Source: an uncultured bacterium
GTDB lineage: Bacteria > DRYD01
Assembly: GCA_937139605.1 (NCBI GenBank)
Contig: CAKZQG010000044.1
Coordinates: 22,360-86,359 of the forward strand
Direction of reading: 5' to 3'
DNA: 64,000 nt
The first letter of the stretch is position 1. Every line of letters starts with the position of its first letter. The notes below the pieces were generated by a model. The model searched no databases. It saw nothing but the letters and a program-made list of their open reading frames with translations, and had not been told where the DNA came from. Shown piece after piece: positions 28,010-38,000 of the stretch. The position numbers and the translations under genes were made by a program.

Positions 28010-28300
28010 TTAATATATTTCAAAGGAAAAGTAACCTAAATTTTCAAAATCAGTATTAGTAATTTCCTTATCTTGAAGTATATCGATTTTAGTGACTTTG
28101 GCTAAAGATGGCCCAACACTTATCTCTTTTATTAGATAATCAATATTTTCTTCATCACCAATTAATAAAGCTTCTACTGTAGAATCAGGTAAATTCTTTG
28201 CGTATCCAAAAACTTTAAAACTATCTGCCTTCTTTTTTATAAAATATCTCATCCCTACACCCTGAACTTTTCCATATATTTTTAACTTAACATGCCTCAT
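28010..28300 (-). CDS. acyP: acylphosphatase
   Basis: 96 aa. KIYGKVQGVGMRYFIKKKADSFKVFGYAKNLPDSTVE matches the acylphosphatase signatures V.G.VQGV.FR and G...N..DG.V. Confidence 0.75.
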   Translation of the reverse strand: MRHVKLKIYGKVQGVGMRYFIKKKADSFKVFGYAKNLPDSTVEALLIGDEENIDYLIKEISVGPSLAKVTKIDILQDKEITNTDFENLGYFSFEIY

Positions 28301-28366
28301 AACTACTCACTAAATTCACAAGCTTATTATATTTTTCATAAGCAAAGTTAGTTTTTCTTATGTTTA

Positions 28367-29734
28367 TTAAAGTCCAAAAAATATTAATATCTTATTAGCA
28401 AGAAATACTACCGTAAAAGCAATAAACAAAGGTAAAAAAGTAGAAATTAGTGTCCATTTAATAGAATTTGTTTCCTTATAGATAGTCAAAATAGTAGTAG
28501 AGCAAGGATTATGTAAAATAGAAAACAAAATAACTAAAATAGCAGTCTTAATATTCCAACCATTATTAATTAAAATATCATATATACTTTTAATATTATC
28601 TACTTCAGTAAAAGTTAATTGAGAAGTATAAAGCATAATTAAGGAAGGGATAACCAACTCATTAGCAGGTAAAGAAATAATATAAGTTAAAATAATAACT
28701 CCATCCAATCCAAAAAATCTACCAAATGGTTCAAAAAAATTAATAAGATAAGGAGTAATATTAAAGTAATTAATAATCCAAACAATAGCTCCAACAGGAG
28801 CAGCCATATAAATTGCTCGCATTAAAACAAATATAGTCCTATCTATTATGGACAATTTTAATATATTTAATAAATTTGGTTTCCTTAAAGGAGGTAATTC
28901 TAAAACATAAAAACTTAATACATCCTTAAGAATAGTTTTAGATAATCCAAAAGAAAGGAGCATAGTAAAAATAAATCCAATAAAAACGGCAAAAACTAAA
29001 GTAATAGCAGTAATAAAAGATCCTAAAAAAGGATTAGATTTATAAAAAATAGGAGCAATAAATAGAGTAGATAATAAAATTAGAAGCGGCCATCTCCCAT
29101 TACACGGCATCAAATTATTCGTAATAATTGCAATCAATCTCTCTTTTGGAGATTTAATTATTCTTGTAGAAATAACACCAGCAGCATTACATCCAAACCC
29201 CATTGCCATAGTTAAAGCCTGATTCCCAGTAGACCCAACTAATTTAAATAATTTATCTAAATTATAAGCAATCCTAGGTAATAGCCCTAAATCTTCTAAA
29301 AAAGTAAAAAGCGGGAAAAATATCGCCATAGGAGGTAGCATAACACTTACAACTGCACTAAGACCTCTATAAACCCCATCTACCAAAAAACTGATAAAAA
29401 CTTCCGGAAACCTTAAAAACTTTAAAACAGATTTTAAAACACTTTCTATATAACCAAGCAATATCCCTAAAAACTCACTAATATAATTAGCTCCAATTAT
29501 AGTTATCCATAAAACAAGAGTTAATAATAAAACAATAGTAATAATTCCTCCAACCTTAGAAGTTAAAAAACGATCTAAAATATCTTCTAACTTATTCCAT
29601 TTACTTTCTTTATATACTACAACATCTTTTACAATTTCATCTATATTATAATATATATTTTCTATTATTTTATCGTTTAAAGAATTGTTATATTCTATTC
29701 TTTTATTATCTATTTTTTGAAAAAACTCTTCCAT
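28367..29734 (-). CDS. FeoB-type membrane domain / nucleoside-recognition (Gate) domain protein lacking a G-domain
   Basis: 455 aa. It is polytopic and contains GFGCNAAGVISTRIIKSPKERLIAIITNNLMPCNGRWPLL, which resembles the FeoB C-terminal membrane core (GFGCNVPA...R....R......PCSARLPV). Confidence 0.5.
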   Translation of the reverse strand: MEEFFQKIDNKRIEYNNSLNDKIIENIYYNIDEIVKDVVVYKESKWNKLEDILDRFLTSKVGGIITIVLLLTLVLWITIIGANYISEFLGILLGYIESVLKSVLKFLRFPEVFISFLVDGVYRGLSAVVSVMLPPMAIFFPLFTFLEDLGLLPRIAYNLDKLFKLVGSTGNQALTMAMGFGCNAAGVISTRIIKSPKERLIAIITNNLMPCNGRWPLLILLSTLFIAPIFYKSNPFLGSFITAITLVFAVFIGFIFTMLLSFGLSKTILKDVLSFYVLELPPLRKPNLLNILKLSIIDRTIFVLMRAIYMAAPVGAIVWIINYFNITPYLINFFEPFGRFFGLDGVIILTYIISLPANELVIPSLIMLYTSQLTFTEVDNIKSIYDILINNGWNIKTAILVILFSILHNPCSTTILTIYKETNSIKWTLISTFLPLFIAFTVVFLANKILIFFGL

Positions 29735-30072
29735 AATTAACCACCCCTATTAAGTAGGGATTTCCCAATATTATTGTCTTTTGGAATCTAGATGGCTTTT
29801 CTATTTAGCATAAACTCATTTTATTAAAATTTTTAGCTTTATATAAGTTTTAAACTTTGCCATCCCTAATGCTTATAAATCCAGCACCCCCTATTATGTC
29901 AAGATTCATTTCCATATAATATACTTTTTTGTGATGTTTGTTAAAATTTTAAATTTAATAAATTATTTTCTAATAATTTATTCTATAATTGGATTCTTTT
30001 CCCCTTTAATCAAAAGTAATAAAAAATAAAAAATTAAAGTAATAATAATCGGTAAAAAATTAAGGTAAAAAA

Positions 30073-31026
30073 TTAAGGTAAAGAATAATCGGCTACTTTA
30101 TTATTATTTAGATATACACTAACTTTGGCATCTCCGATATAAAAAAGCTTTAAATTAGAAAAAGTCTGACCTACATAATAACTATCAAAAACCAACCTTT
30201 TTCCTAAAAAATCCTCTAAATAAACTTTTACATTACTAATATCTTTACTATACTTAAACTTTAAAACTAGATTTATAATTTTAATATCCGGGATTTGAGA
30301 GTAATTTAGATTAGCTTCAACTATAACGGTGTCATTATATATATAAGAAGTAGTAATCTTTCTATCCTCAATTACATCATTATTTTTAAATTGAATGAAT
30401 AAACTATCAGCTTTATCCAAATTTTTCCATAATTCTGGTAAATAATCATTAGAATTATTTATTAATTCTTGAGGATTAAGTTCTTTAGAAACAAGGAAAG
30501 ATATCTTCTTATCTTTATCTAAGGTTGTATCAGGTTGAGGAGATTGCATTAAAATTGTTCCATCTTTAAAACTCATTGAAGGATAATATAAATAATTATA
30601 AATCAAATTAAGCTTATTAAATTTCAAATTAGGATTAAGATTAATTTCATTAATATTATATCCAACAAGATCAGGTAATAAAAGTTGCTTATCATAAGAA
30701 ACCCCTTTACTAATAACTACTTTAATAATTCTACCTTTTTTTACTTTAATACCAGCAGGTGGTTCCTGATTTAATATCATATTTTTAGGTTTATCAGAAA
30801 ACGAAGTAGAAACAACTTCAATATCTAAACCAATCAACTTCAAATTATTTTTCGCATCATAAATGTCATAGCCAATAACATTAGGAACAACTACATCACC
30901 CTCACTAGGCCCATAAAATAACTTATAAACAAAATATCCCCCAACCATTAAAAATAATAAAAAAATAATACCTATTAATACATTAACAATATTTACTTGT
31001 CCCCTTTTTAATAGATAACTACCCAT
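30073..31026 (-). CDS. PASTA-domain membrane protein (start taken at the internal Met to avoid overlapping infC)
   Basis: It has an N-terminal TM and then VVVPNVIGYDIYDAKNNLKLIGLDIEVVSTSFSDKPKNMILNQEPPAGIKVKKGRIIKVVIS, a PASTA-repeat pattern (VP.v.G....A...L...Gl...v.......g.V..Q.P.aG..v..g..v.l). Confidence 0.55.
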   Translation of the reverse strand: MGSYLLKRGQVNIVNVLIGIIFLLFLMVGGYFVYKLFYGPSEGDVVVPNVIGYDIYDAKNNLKLIGLDIEVVSTSFSDKPKNMILNQEPPAGIKVKKGRIIKVVISKGVSYDKQLLLPDLVGYNINEINLNPNLKFNKLNLIYNYLYYPSMSFKDGTILMQSPQPDTTLDKDKKISFLVSKELNPQELINNSNDYLPELWKNLDKADSLFIQFKNNDVIEDRKITTSYIYNDTVIVEANLNYSQIPDIKIINLVLKFKYSKDISNVKVYLEDFLGKRLVFDSYYVGQTFSNLKLFYIGDAKVSVYLNNNKVADYSLP

Positions 31027-31057
31027 ATAAGTATAACTAAAAAATATTAACTTAATA

Positions 31058-31567
31058 TTAATTTTCAGTTTTTTTAGGAGAAACAATAACGTATATGTTC
31101 CTATCTTCAATAGTAATATCTTTTTCTATCTTGATATCACCTAATTGACCTATAATTTCTTGTAATATAGGTTTAAATTTATCAGGTGTAAATCTACTTT
31201 TGCCTAATAATTGTAATACAATTTTAACTTTATCACCTTCTTGTAAAATTCTTTTAATCATTTGAACTTTAATACTAATTCCACTTTTATCTATTTTATT
31301 TTTAATAATAACTTCTTTGAGTTCTTGTTTTTTTTGATTTTTTTTAGCGCTTTTTTCTTTTTTTATAAGTTCATATTTAAATTTGCCATAATCAACGATT
31401 TTACAAACAGGGGGATTAGCATCAGGAGCTACTTCTACTAAATCTAAATTCTTAGAATCCGCTAATTTTAAAGCATCCTTTATATTCATTACCCCCAAAT
31501 TAACATTATTTTCATCTATAACTCTAACTTCTTTAGCTCGTATTTGATCATTTATTCTATACTTAAT
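31058..31567 (-). CDS. infC: translation initiation factor IF-3, with a non-AUG (AUU/AUA) initiation codon
   Basis: The ORF-track protein MGVMNIKDALKLADSKNLDLVEVAPDANPPVCKIVDYGKFKYE matches IF-3. The in-frame upstream sequence ATA ATT AAG ...INDQIRAKEVRVIDENNVNLG gives the conserved IF-3 N-terminus. It is preceded by GGAGGTG. The AUU start is the established autoregulatory feature of infC. Confidence 0.8.
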   Translation of the reverse strand: MKYRINDQIRAKEVRVIDENNVNLGVMNIKDALKLADSKNLDLVEVAPDANPPVCKIVDYGKFKYELIKKEKSAKKNQKKQELKEVIIKNKIDKSGISIKVQMIKRILQEGDKVKIVLQLLGKSRFTPDKFKPILQEIIGQLGDIKIEKDITIEDRNIYVIVSPKKTEN

Positions 31568-31605
31568 TATACCCCTTCACCTCCATTATTTTTTATTATT
31601 TTTTA

Positions 31606-32805
31606 TTAGCTTTCTAGTATAAAATCTATTTTATTAAAACTATTTAAACTAGTTAAATAACTATAAACAGGAATTGAATTATTAAAAGCCTGTTCCTCAA
31701 GAGTTAATGTATTATCAATTAAATAAATTTCCTTTAGATTTTTATTTTTAATTAAAATTTCAGTTATATCCATAGACATAGGCCCAATTGAATAAGTTAT
31801 ATAATCTTGTACATCATCATAAACATGAAATAGAAGTTTTTTAGAAAAAGGTAAGACAGAATAACCGGTATAAACTAAAGCGACCAATCCATTATCTTGC
31901 ATAACTCCATTAACATCTTTATTTAAATAGCCAACATTTTCATTTTTAAAAACCTCCTTAACTCCGATAAAAGGTAATTTAATTTTAATAGAATTCTGAA
32001 TCCCTAAATCATTTTTCAATTTCAATAACTCATAATTAGGAGCTATCCCATAAAATAATATACCAATCCTTATAAAATTACTTAATCCTATAATATTAAA
32101 AAAATCTCTTAAATTAATTTTATCCAAAGTATTAAAATTATTTATATTATAAAAATATTGAATAAATCTAAGAACTCCTGCACTATTTAAAATATGAATA
32201 TCTATATCTTTAATTTTAAAATTATCTAAGAAATATTTAAAATTAGCTAATTGAAAATAGATATCATATATATCATCACTTCTTAAGTGTGTATAAACTC
32301 CTTTTATATTAAAAAACTGAAAATTTAAGATCTCATTTATTTTATTAATTTCATTAAATTTTATACCTGTTCTATTCATTCCAGTATCTATTTCTAATTC
32401 AACATCTAAAACAACTTTCTCTTTTAATAAAATTTCCTTTAAAAATAAAAAATATTCATAACTAAAAACAGAAAAATTAATAATACTTTTATAATTAAAA
32501 GCCTGAGAAATTAAATATTCATCAAACTCAGGAAAAAGCAATAATACTTTAAAATTATTATTTAATTTCTTTTGATATAGCTTATATTCAAAAAATTCTC
32601 TTAAATTATTTAAAGCAATTTTATTAACTAAATCCTTAATAATCTCAAAAATTATTTCAAACTGCAACCCATAGGCATTAGATTTTAATACCAATATTAA
32701 ATCCTTTTTAGTTAATTCCCTTATTATCTTTATGTTATTTTTAATAATATAGGGATTGAGTATTACAGTTGGATAAGAGATATTCTTTGTTCTACTAATT
32801 CGCAT
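31606..32805 (-). CDS. alr: alanine racemase (divergent)
   Basis: 399 aa. VLKSNAYGLQ matches the PLP-Lys motif VVKANAYGHG. EIDTGMNRTG matches KLDTGMHRLG. HLRSDD, ILNSAGVL and the C-terminal GPMSMD (RVSMDM) also fit. Confidence 0.65.
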   Translation of the reverse strand: MRISRTKNISYPTVILNPYIIKNNIKIIRELTKKDLILVLKSNAYGLQFEIIFEIIKDLVNKIALNNLREFFEYKLYQKKLNNNFKVLLLFPEFDEYLISQAFNYKSIINFSVFSYEYFLFLKEILLKEKVVLDVELEIDTGMNRTGIKFNEINKINEILNFQFFNIKGVYTHLRSDDIYDIYFQLANFKYFLDNFKIKDIDIHILNSAGVLRFIQYFYNINNFNTLDKINLRDFFNIIGLSNFIRIGILFYGIAPNYELLKLKNDLGIQNSIKIKLPFIGVKEVFKNENVGYLNKDVNGVMQDNGLVALVYTGYSVLPFSKKLLFHVYDDVQDYITYSIGPMSMDITEILIKNKNLKEIYLIDNTLTLEEQAFNNSIPVYSYLTSLNSFNKIDFILES

Positions 32806-33350
32806 ATTATATGTTCTATTAGGATATGAGCTTCTTGGATACGTTGAGTATTATCATGTTTAACAATAATAGGAATATCAACTAAATCTTTTAAAATCCC
32901 TCCATCTTTTCCTAACAAAGCAATAGAAATTATTCCTAAATTCTTAGATTTTTTAACGGCATTAATTAAATTAATGGAATTCCCAGAAGTAGAAATAACT
33001 AAAAATACATCACCAGGATTCGCTAACGCTTGTAATTGTTTTTCAAAAACAAATTCAAATCCGAAATCATTAGAAACAGCTGTTAAAATAGAGCTATCAG
33101 TAGTTAGAGCAATAGCAGGGATTGGGTTCCTATCTTTTATATTTAATCTTCCAATTAGCTCAGCTGCAATATGCTGACTATCAGCAGCAGAGCCCCCATT
33201 CCCAGCTATCAATAATTTTTTCCCCAATTTTATAGAACTCACTATAACATTAACAGCTTTCAATATATTACTTATTAACTCATCATCATCTAACAAATTA
33301 TTTTTTAAATTTATGGATTCCTTTATTATCTCCTTTATTTCCTTAATCAT
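32763..33350 (-). CDS. gmhA: phosphoheptose (sedoheptulose-7-phosphate) isomerase, SIS domain
   Basis: 195 aa. KKLLIAGNGGSAADSQHIAAELIGR, PAIALTTDSSILTAVSNDFGFEFVF, ISTSGNSINLI, LLGKDGG and RIQEAHILIEHI all parallel GmhA. Confidence 0.75.
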   Translation of the reverse strand: MIKEIKEIIKESINLKNNLLDDDELISNILKAVNVIVSSIKLGKKLLIAGNGGSAADSQHIAAELIGRLNIKDRNPIPAIALTTDSSILTAVSNDFGFEFVFEKQLQALANPGDVFLVISTSGNSINLINAVKKSKNLGIISIALLGKDGGILKDLVDIPIIVKHDNTQRIQEAHILIEHIICELVEQRISLIQL

Positions 33351-33368
33351 AATTTAATTAATGATAAA

Positions 33369-35003
33369 TTAATAATTAACTTTATGTTGAACTTTAGAAA
33401 TAATTATTTCTTCAACAGGGTTATAATAATAAGAATTTTTAATAAAAACTCCTTCTAAACCTTTCCCTTTGTCTTTAGGTCTTTTAGTATCAGCAAAAAC
33501 TCCTTCTTCAATAGCTTCAAATAATCCTTTATTATAAACATATTCTAATAGTTCATATGCTTTCTTAAGTAAATAATCTGCACGTTTCTCAATAATCCCT
33601 TTATTTCTAATTATAAATTCAAATCCCAAATCTTTAGCTGCATTAAAAATATACTTTGTTGATTTTATACTTAAATATCTATCTTGAAGTAATGGGGTAT
33701 GGATAGCTTCAGTTAATATTCCTACCAAGTGTATATGTTGCCCCGTAGCAACAGAAACTAAATTAAACATGTTATCAATAACATGCGTATGAAAAATATT
33801 ACCAGTAACCCATCTAGTTGGTGGCATATACTTTAATGGGCACTTAGGGAAAAGATGTCTAATTAATAAAGCTTGTGAAAATTCAAATAAAAAAGAATTA
33901 GTTATCTCTGGTCTTATTTCGTAAGCATGTCCCAAACCTATTAAATAATCAGGTAAATAACATTTCTTTGCAAAAGCATAATTAATAAAATGAGAAGTAA
34001 TAACAGTATATCCTTTTTCAAAAGCATCAGCAGTAGTTAAATAATTATCTTCCCCCGTATTTATTATTATATCACTTAAATTTATGATTAACCTTGAGAA
34101 ATACTGATCAATGAATGTCCTAATAGGGTTAATATCTCTAAAAAGAATTCCATACATACTATCATTAAGCAACATATCTAAGCGTTCAATAGCGGCAATA
34201 GCAGCAATCTCAGGCATACATAAGCCAGATGAATAATTAACTAACATTAAATATCTATCAGTCATATGATTATCTAAGGTTTGTCTCATTAATTTGAAAT
34301 TAGCTTGGGTAGCAAAAGTTCCGCCATAACCTTCAGTGGTATAACCTTCAGGAACGTAATCTATAAGGCTTTGAGCAGAAGATCTAATAACAGCTATACA
34401 ATCAGCTCCTTGTTTAACCGCAGAGATAGCTTGAATAGCATCTTCAAAGATATTCCCTGTAGCAACTATAACATAAATCCATGGAAGTTTAGGATAATTA
34501 TACTTATCAATTAATTCTTCCCTTTTTTTTCTTTGATTTTCCATTAATTCTATTCCATTTAAAGCTATACTTTTTGAAATCTCTTTATATTTTTCTATAT
34601 TATTAAAAAATTCATCTTTATTTATTTCAATAGGTTTATCTGTAAAATATAATTCATCTAAGAATTCTTTGATTTTATTTAAATCGGAATTGAATTTAGA
34701 GTAAAAATAGGCATAAAAATAAGAGGCACCATATTCTATTAAATTAGCTTGTTTTAGTTTATCTACAAATATATTAACATAAGGTACTCCTTCTTTATTA
34801 GCTCCATTTAGTCCCATTATTCTCAAAATAGCTCTCTCTATACTAACAGTAGATCTCTTTTTTATAACCTCAAATACATCATCAACTATTAAATTAGCTA
34901 ACTTAATTGATTCCTTTAATAAAGATTTATCAAAATCTAAAGAAGGATACTTATTTTCCTTTATTATTTTAATTAATTTATTTTCCTTACTAACCTTAGG
35001 CAT
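33369..35003 (-). CDS. lysine 5,6-aminomutase alpha-subunit-like (KamD family, TIM-barrel) protein
   Basis: 544 aa. The long conserved blocks YVIVATGNIFEDAIQAISAVKQGADCIAVIRSSAQSLIDYVPEGYTTEGYGGTFATQANFKLMR, CMPEIAAIAAIERLDMLLND and INTGEDNYLTTADAFE are characteristic of Lys-AminoMut_A proteins. No B12-binding beta subunit is adjacent. Confidence 0.5.
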   Translation of the reverse strand: MPKVSKENKLIKIIKENKYPSLDFDKSLLKESIKLANLIVDDVFEVIKKRSTVSIERAILRIMGLNGANKEGVPYVNIFVDKLKQANLIEYGASYFYAYFYSKFNSDLNKIKEFLDELYFTDKPIEINKDEFFNNIEKYKEISKSIALNGIELMENQRKKREELIDKYNYPKLPWIYVIVATGNIFEDAIQAISAVKQGADCIAVIRSSAQSLIDYVPEGYTTEGYGGTFATQANFKLMRQTLDNHMTDRYLMLVNYSSGLCMPEIAAIAAIERLDMLLNDSMYGILFRDINPIRTFIDQYFSRLIINLSDIIINTGEDNYLTTADAFEKGYTVITSHFINYAFAKKCYLPDYLIGLGHAYEIRPEITNSFLFEFSQALLIRHLFPKCPLKYMPPTRWVTGNIFHTHVIDNMFNLVSVATGQHIHLVGILTEAIHTPLLQDRYLSIKSTKYIFNAAKDLGFEFIIRNKGIIEKRADYLLKKAYELLEYVYNKGLFEAIEEGVFADTKRPKDKGKGLEGVFIKNSYYYNPVEEIIISKVQHKVNY

Positions 35004-35013
35004 AATGAATAGA

Positions 35014-38000
35014 TTAGTTTTGATATAACTGTTTTTTTAAAGAGTTTCCCATTTCATCTTTAATAATTAAATAAAGATTATAGTCTTTATTTTTATATTC
35101 TAAATTATCAGGGATTACTCCTTTAAAAATCCATATATTCCCATTTTTATCAATCAATTTCAAAGGTATTTCAAAAGAATCACTCGGAGCTTCAATAACT
35201 AAAGAAACACCGACTAAAGCCTTAGATTCAACTTTAATATTAATAACTCCATTTTTAATATCAAATGAAATAATCTTAAATTCATCATAATCTATATATA
35301 AATTGAATTTAAATTCTTGAATAAAATAATTATCGACATTAGATAACTTATCATCAATAGTTATTTTAAATTCATAATATCCGCTTTTGTTAATAAAATT
35401 CTTTAAATTAGCTAAATCTAAGGTAGTACTTTCAAAAGAAGGATTATTAAAATCACAAGCATTAGCTTTAACTAATTTTGAATCAACTAATTGCCAATTA
35501 TTATCTTTAATATTTTTAACAAATAATTTAATATTTAAAACATCTCCATCAAAATCCAAATAAGAAACTTTTAAAGAATTATTAACAGATAGTTTTTTAA
35601 ATTCATCATTAACGATAATAAAAGGTTTTCTATTATTTTTACCTACTAACCCCTTAATAGAATAAACTTCACTATCTTTATATAATATAAGTTTATACTG
35701 AAAATACCTATAAGATTTTTTAAAATCATAATCTTTAAAGTTATTAATCCAATTAGTCCAGGTATTATCAACAATAGGAGAATTCCCAAATCTAACTTGT
35801 AAATCTACTTTTCCTTTATAATCTAGAACTATATCGTTTAAGTACTTATCGGAAGAAACATCAAAAACCTTAGAAATATAGATTCCATAAGAATCTGAGA
35901 AATTATAAAAATTAAAAACAGTTTTACTGTTATCAATAAATCCTAAATATACATTATCTTTAAAAACGACGGTTTTAATGGGATAAGAAAACAACTCAAA
36001 ATTAAATATTTTTTCCCAATTTAGATTAAGAGTATTTTGGTAATTAGCAGTAGCTATACCAAATAAGTTATTTTTATTAATCCTATAAACCTTAGTATCA
36101 TTAGACTTAATTATTAAATATAAATAATTTTTAAATTGAAATATATCAGAGATTTCAGTATTAGTATCAGTAGAAAAACCATCATATAAAACGGGATTAT
36201 CGAATAAATTTTTATCAAAAACAAAAAGATATCCTCTTGAACCAGTACCTACTAATAAATTATTATCAACTACACATAAAGCAGTAATATTCTCTTGAAA
36301 AGTATTAAAAGTTTTTAAAGAATAATTATTTAAATTCAATTTTATTAATATTCCTCCATAACTACCAGCATATAATGAATCATCATCTACAGCTAAATTA
36401 GAAATCCCTAAATAAGGGAACTCAAAAACTTTTAATAATTTAAAGTCATTTAAATTACAAATAATTATCTTAGCAGGGAAGCTAACAGTAGAAAAAATTA
36501 GATTATCTTTATAAATAACTATATCAGAAATAGCATAATTAAAATTAAACCTTAATTCAATATTCCCATTATCTATATTTATCTTTAAAATATTTCCAAC
36601 ATAATCAACTGCTAATAAATAATTCTGATAAACAATAGCATTAGAAAAAATATAATCAAAAATATATTCCTTAACTAAATTGAAATTCCTATCATAAATA
36701 CCAACACAAGTTTTAGAATTATATAAATAACTTAAAGAAATAAAATTATCCCTATAAACCAAAACTTTAGAAAAATTCTTATTAATAATAAAATTATTAA
36801 AACTTTTATCATATTTTAAATTAGAGAAGTAATTAAGAGAAACTCCATTTTGATACCCTTCTACTAAATCAGAATAATTAGATAAATCAATAACATTATC
36901 AATATTAACCGATTCTTTCTTAGTTTGTTTAGTCTTAACATTTTTTTGTTCTTGAGAATCATTATCTTGCTCCTTATTATATAATATATCCTCTATTTGC
37001 TTAAGAATATCTTGATTAGAATCTTTAAAATCAATAGTATTATTTAAATTATTAGTATTATAAAAATTATTAAAATTAACAACATAATCTAAAACAGAAG
37101 AATAGTATGGATAATAAGAGTTAGAAGTTTCTTTAGAGGTAGAGTTATCGGATTTCTTTTTGTCAGCTTTAGAGATGTTTCCATTTACATCAAAACTAAA
37201 GAAATCCATACCTAATAATATTTTATTTATATCTTTCCTAAAAACCACAGGATAATATGACAAATATATAAAAGGTAATCTAAAATTAAAATACATTTTG
37301 AGGATTTCTTTATAAGTTAAGGGAATAAACTTTTCATTATCAGTTAATGCGCCCCATAAATTAGTAGCAATAACACAAACAATAGTCTTAGGATTAGAAT
37401 TAATAAAAACATTAGCATAGCTAAGGAATTCTGTAAAATCCTTAGGAGGAAGAATAGTTATCCCTAACTTATCAAATATATCATATAAATAATACCCCCC
37501 ACCTAACCCTAAATAAATAGTCCCATTAGTTTCTTCTGAAGGTAAAACAACCTCTATTTTATCTCTACCTTCTACAGATGTTAAAGGATTAAAATAATTC
37601 AAATTAAATTCTACTTGATTATCCTTAAAATTACTAATATATATATTATTGATTATTCCGATATTCAAAGGAGATATATTTAAATTAGCACTTATATATT
37701 TTATTTTATTATTTTTACTAGGGATAGAATTAATAAAGCTTAAATACTTAATTAAATTAGCTAAAATCATATTATAATTTCCATTTATAGAAGGTAAGTA
37801 TATATTTTGCTCCTTATTATTTTCAAAATAAACCTTAAAATTAAGTTCAAAAGGTAAATTCTGATTATCTTGTATATACTTAGAAGAAGCTATATATAGA
37901 GTTAATACAGATAAAAATGGTAAATACTTTGAATTATCGATAACTTTACAGTTATAATTTTTTAGAGATTTTCCGTTAAAAGAGATAGAAATATTTAAAG

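Noticed and set aside
29935-30072. Short direct repeats (aaaaattaaggtaa twice, ataatcgg twice) after the PASTA gene stop
   Set aside because: They are very short and AT-rich, within what is expected by chance at this composition. They are noted but not considered a feature.
31027-31110. N-terminal extension of the PASTA-protein ORF
   Set aside because: It overlaps the 3' end of infC. The internal Met followed by a TM helix is a more plausible start.
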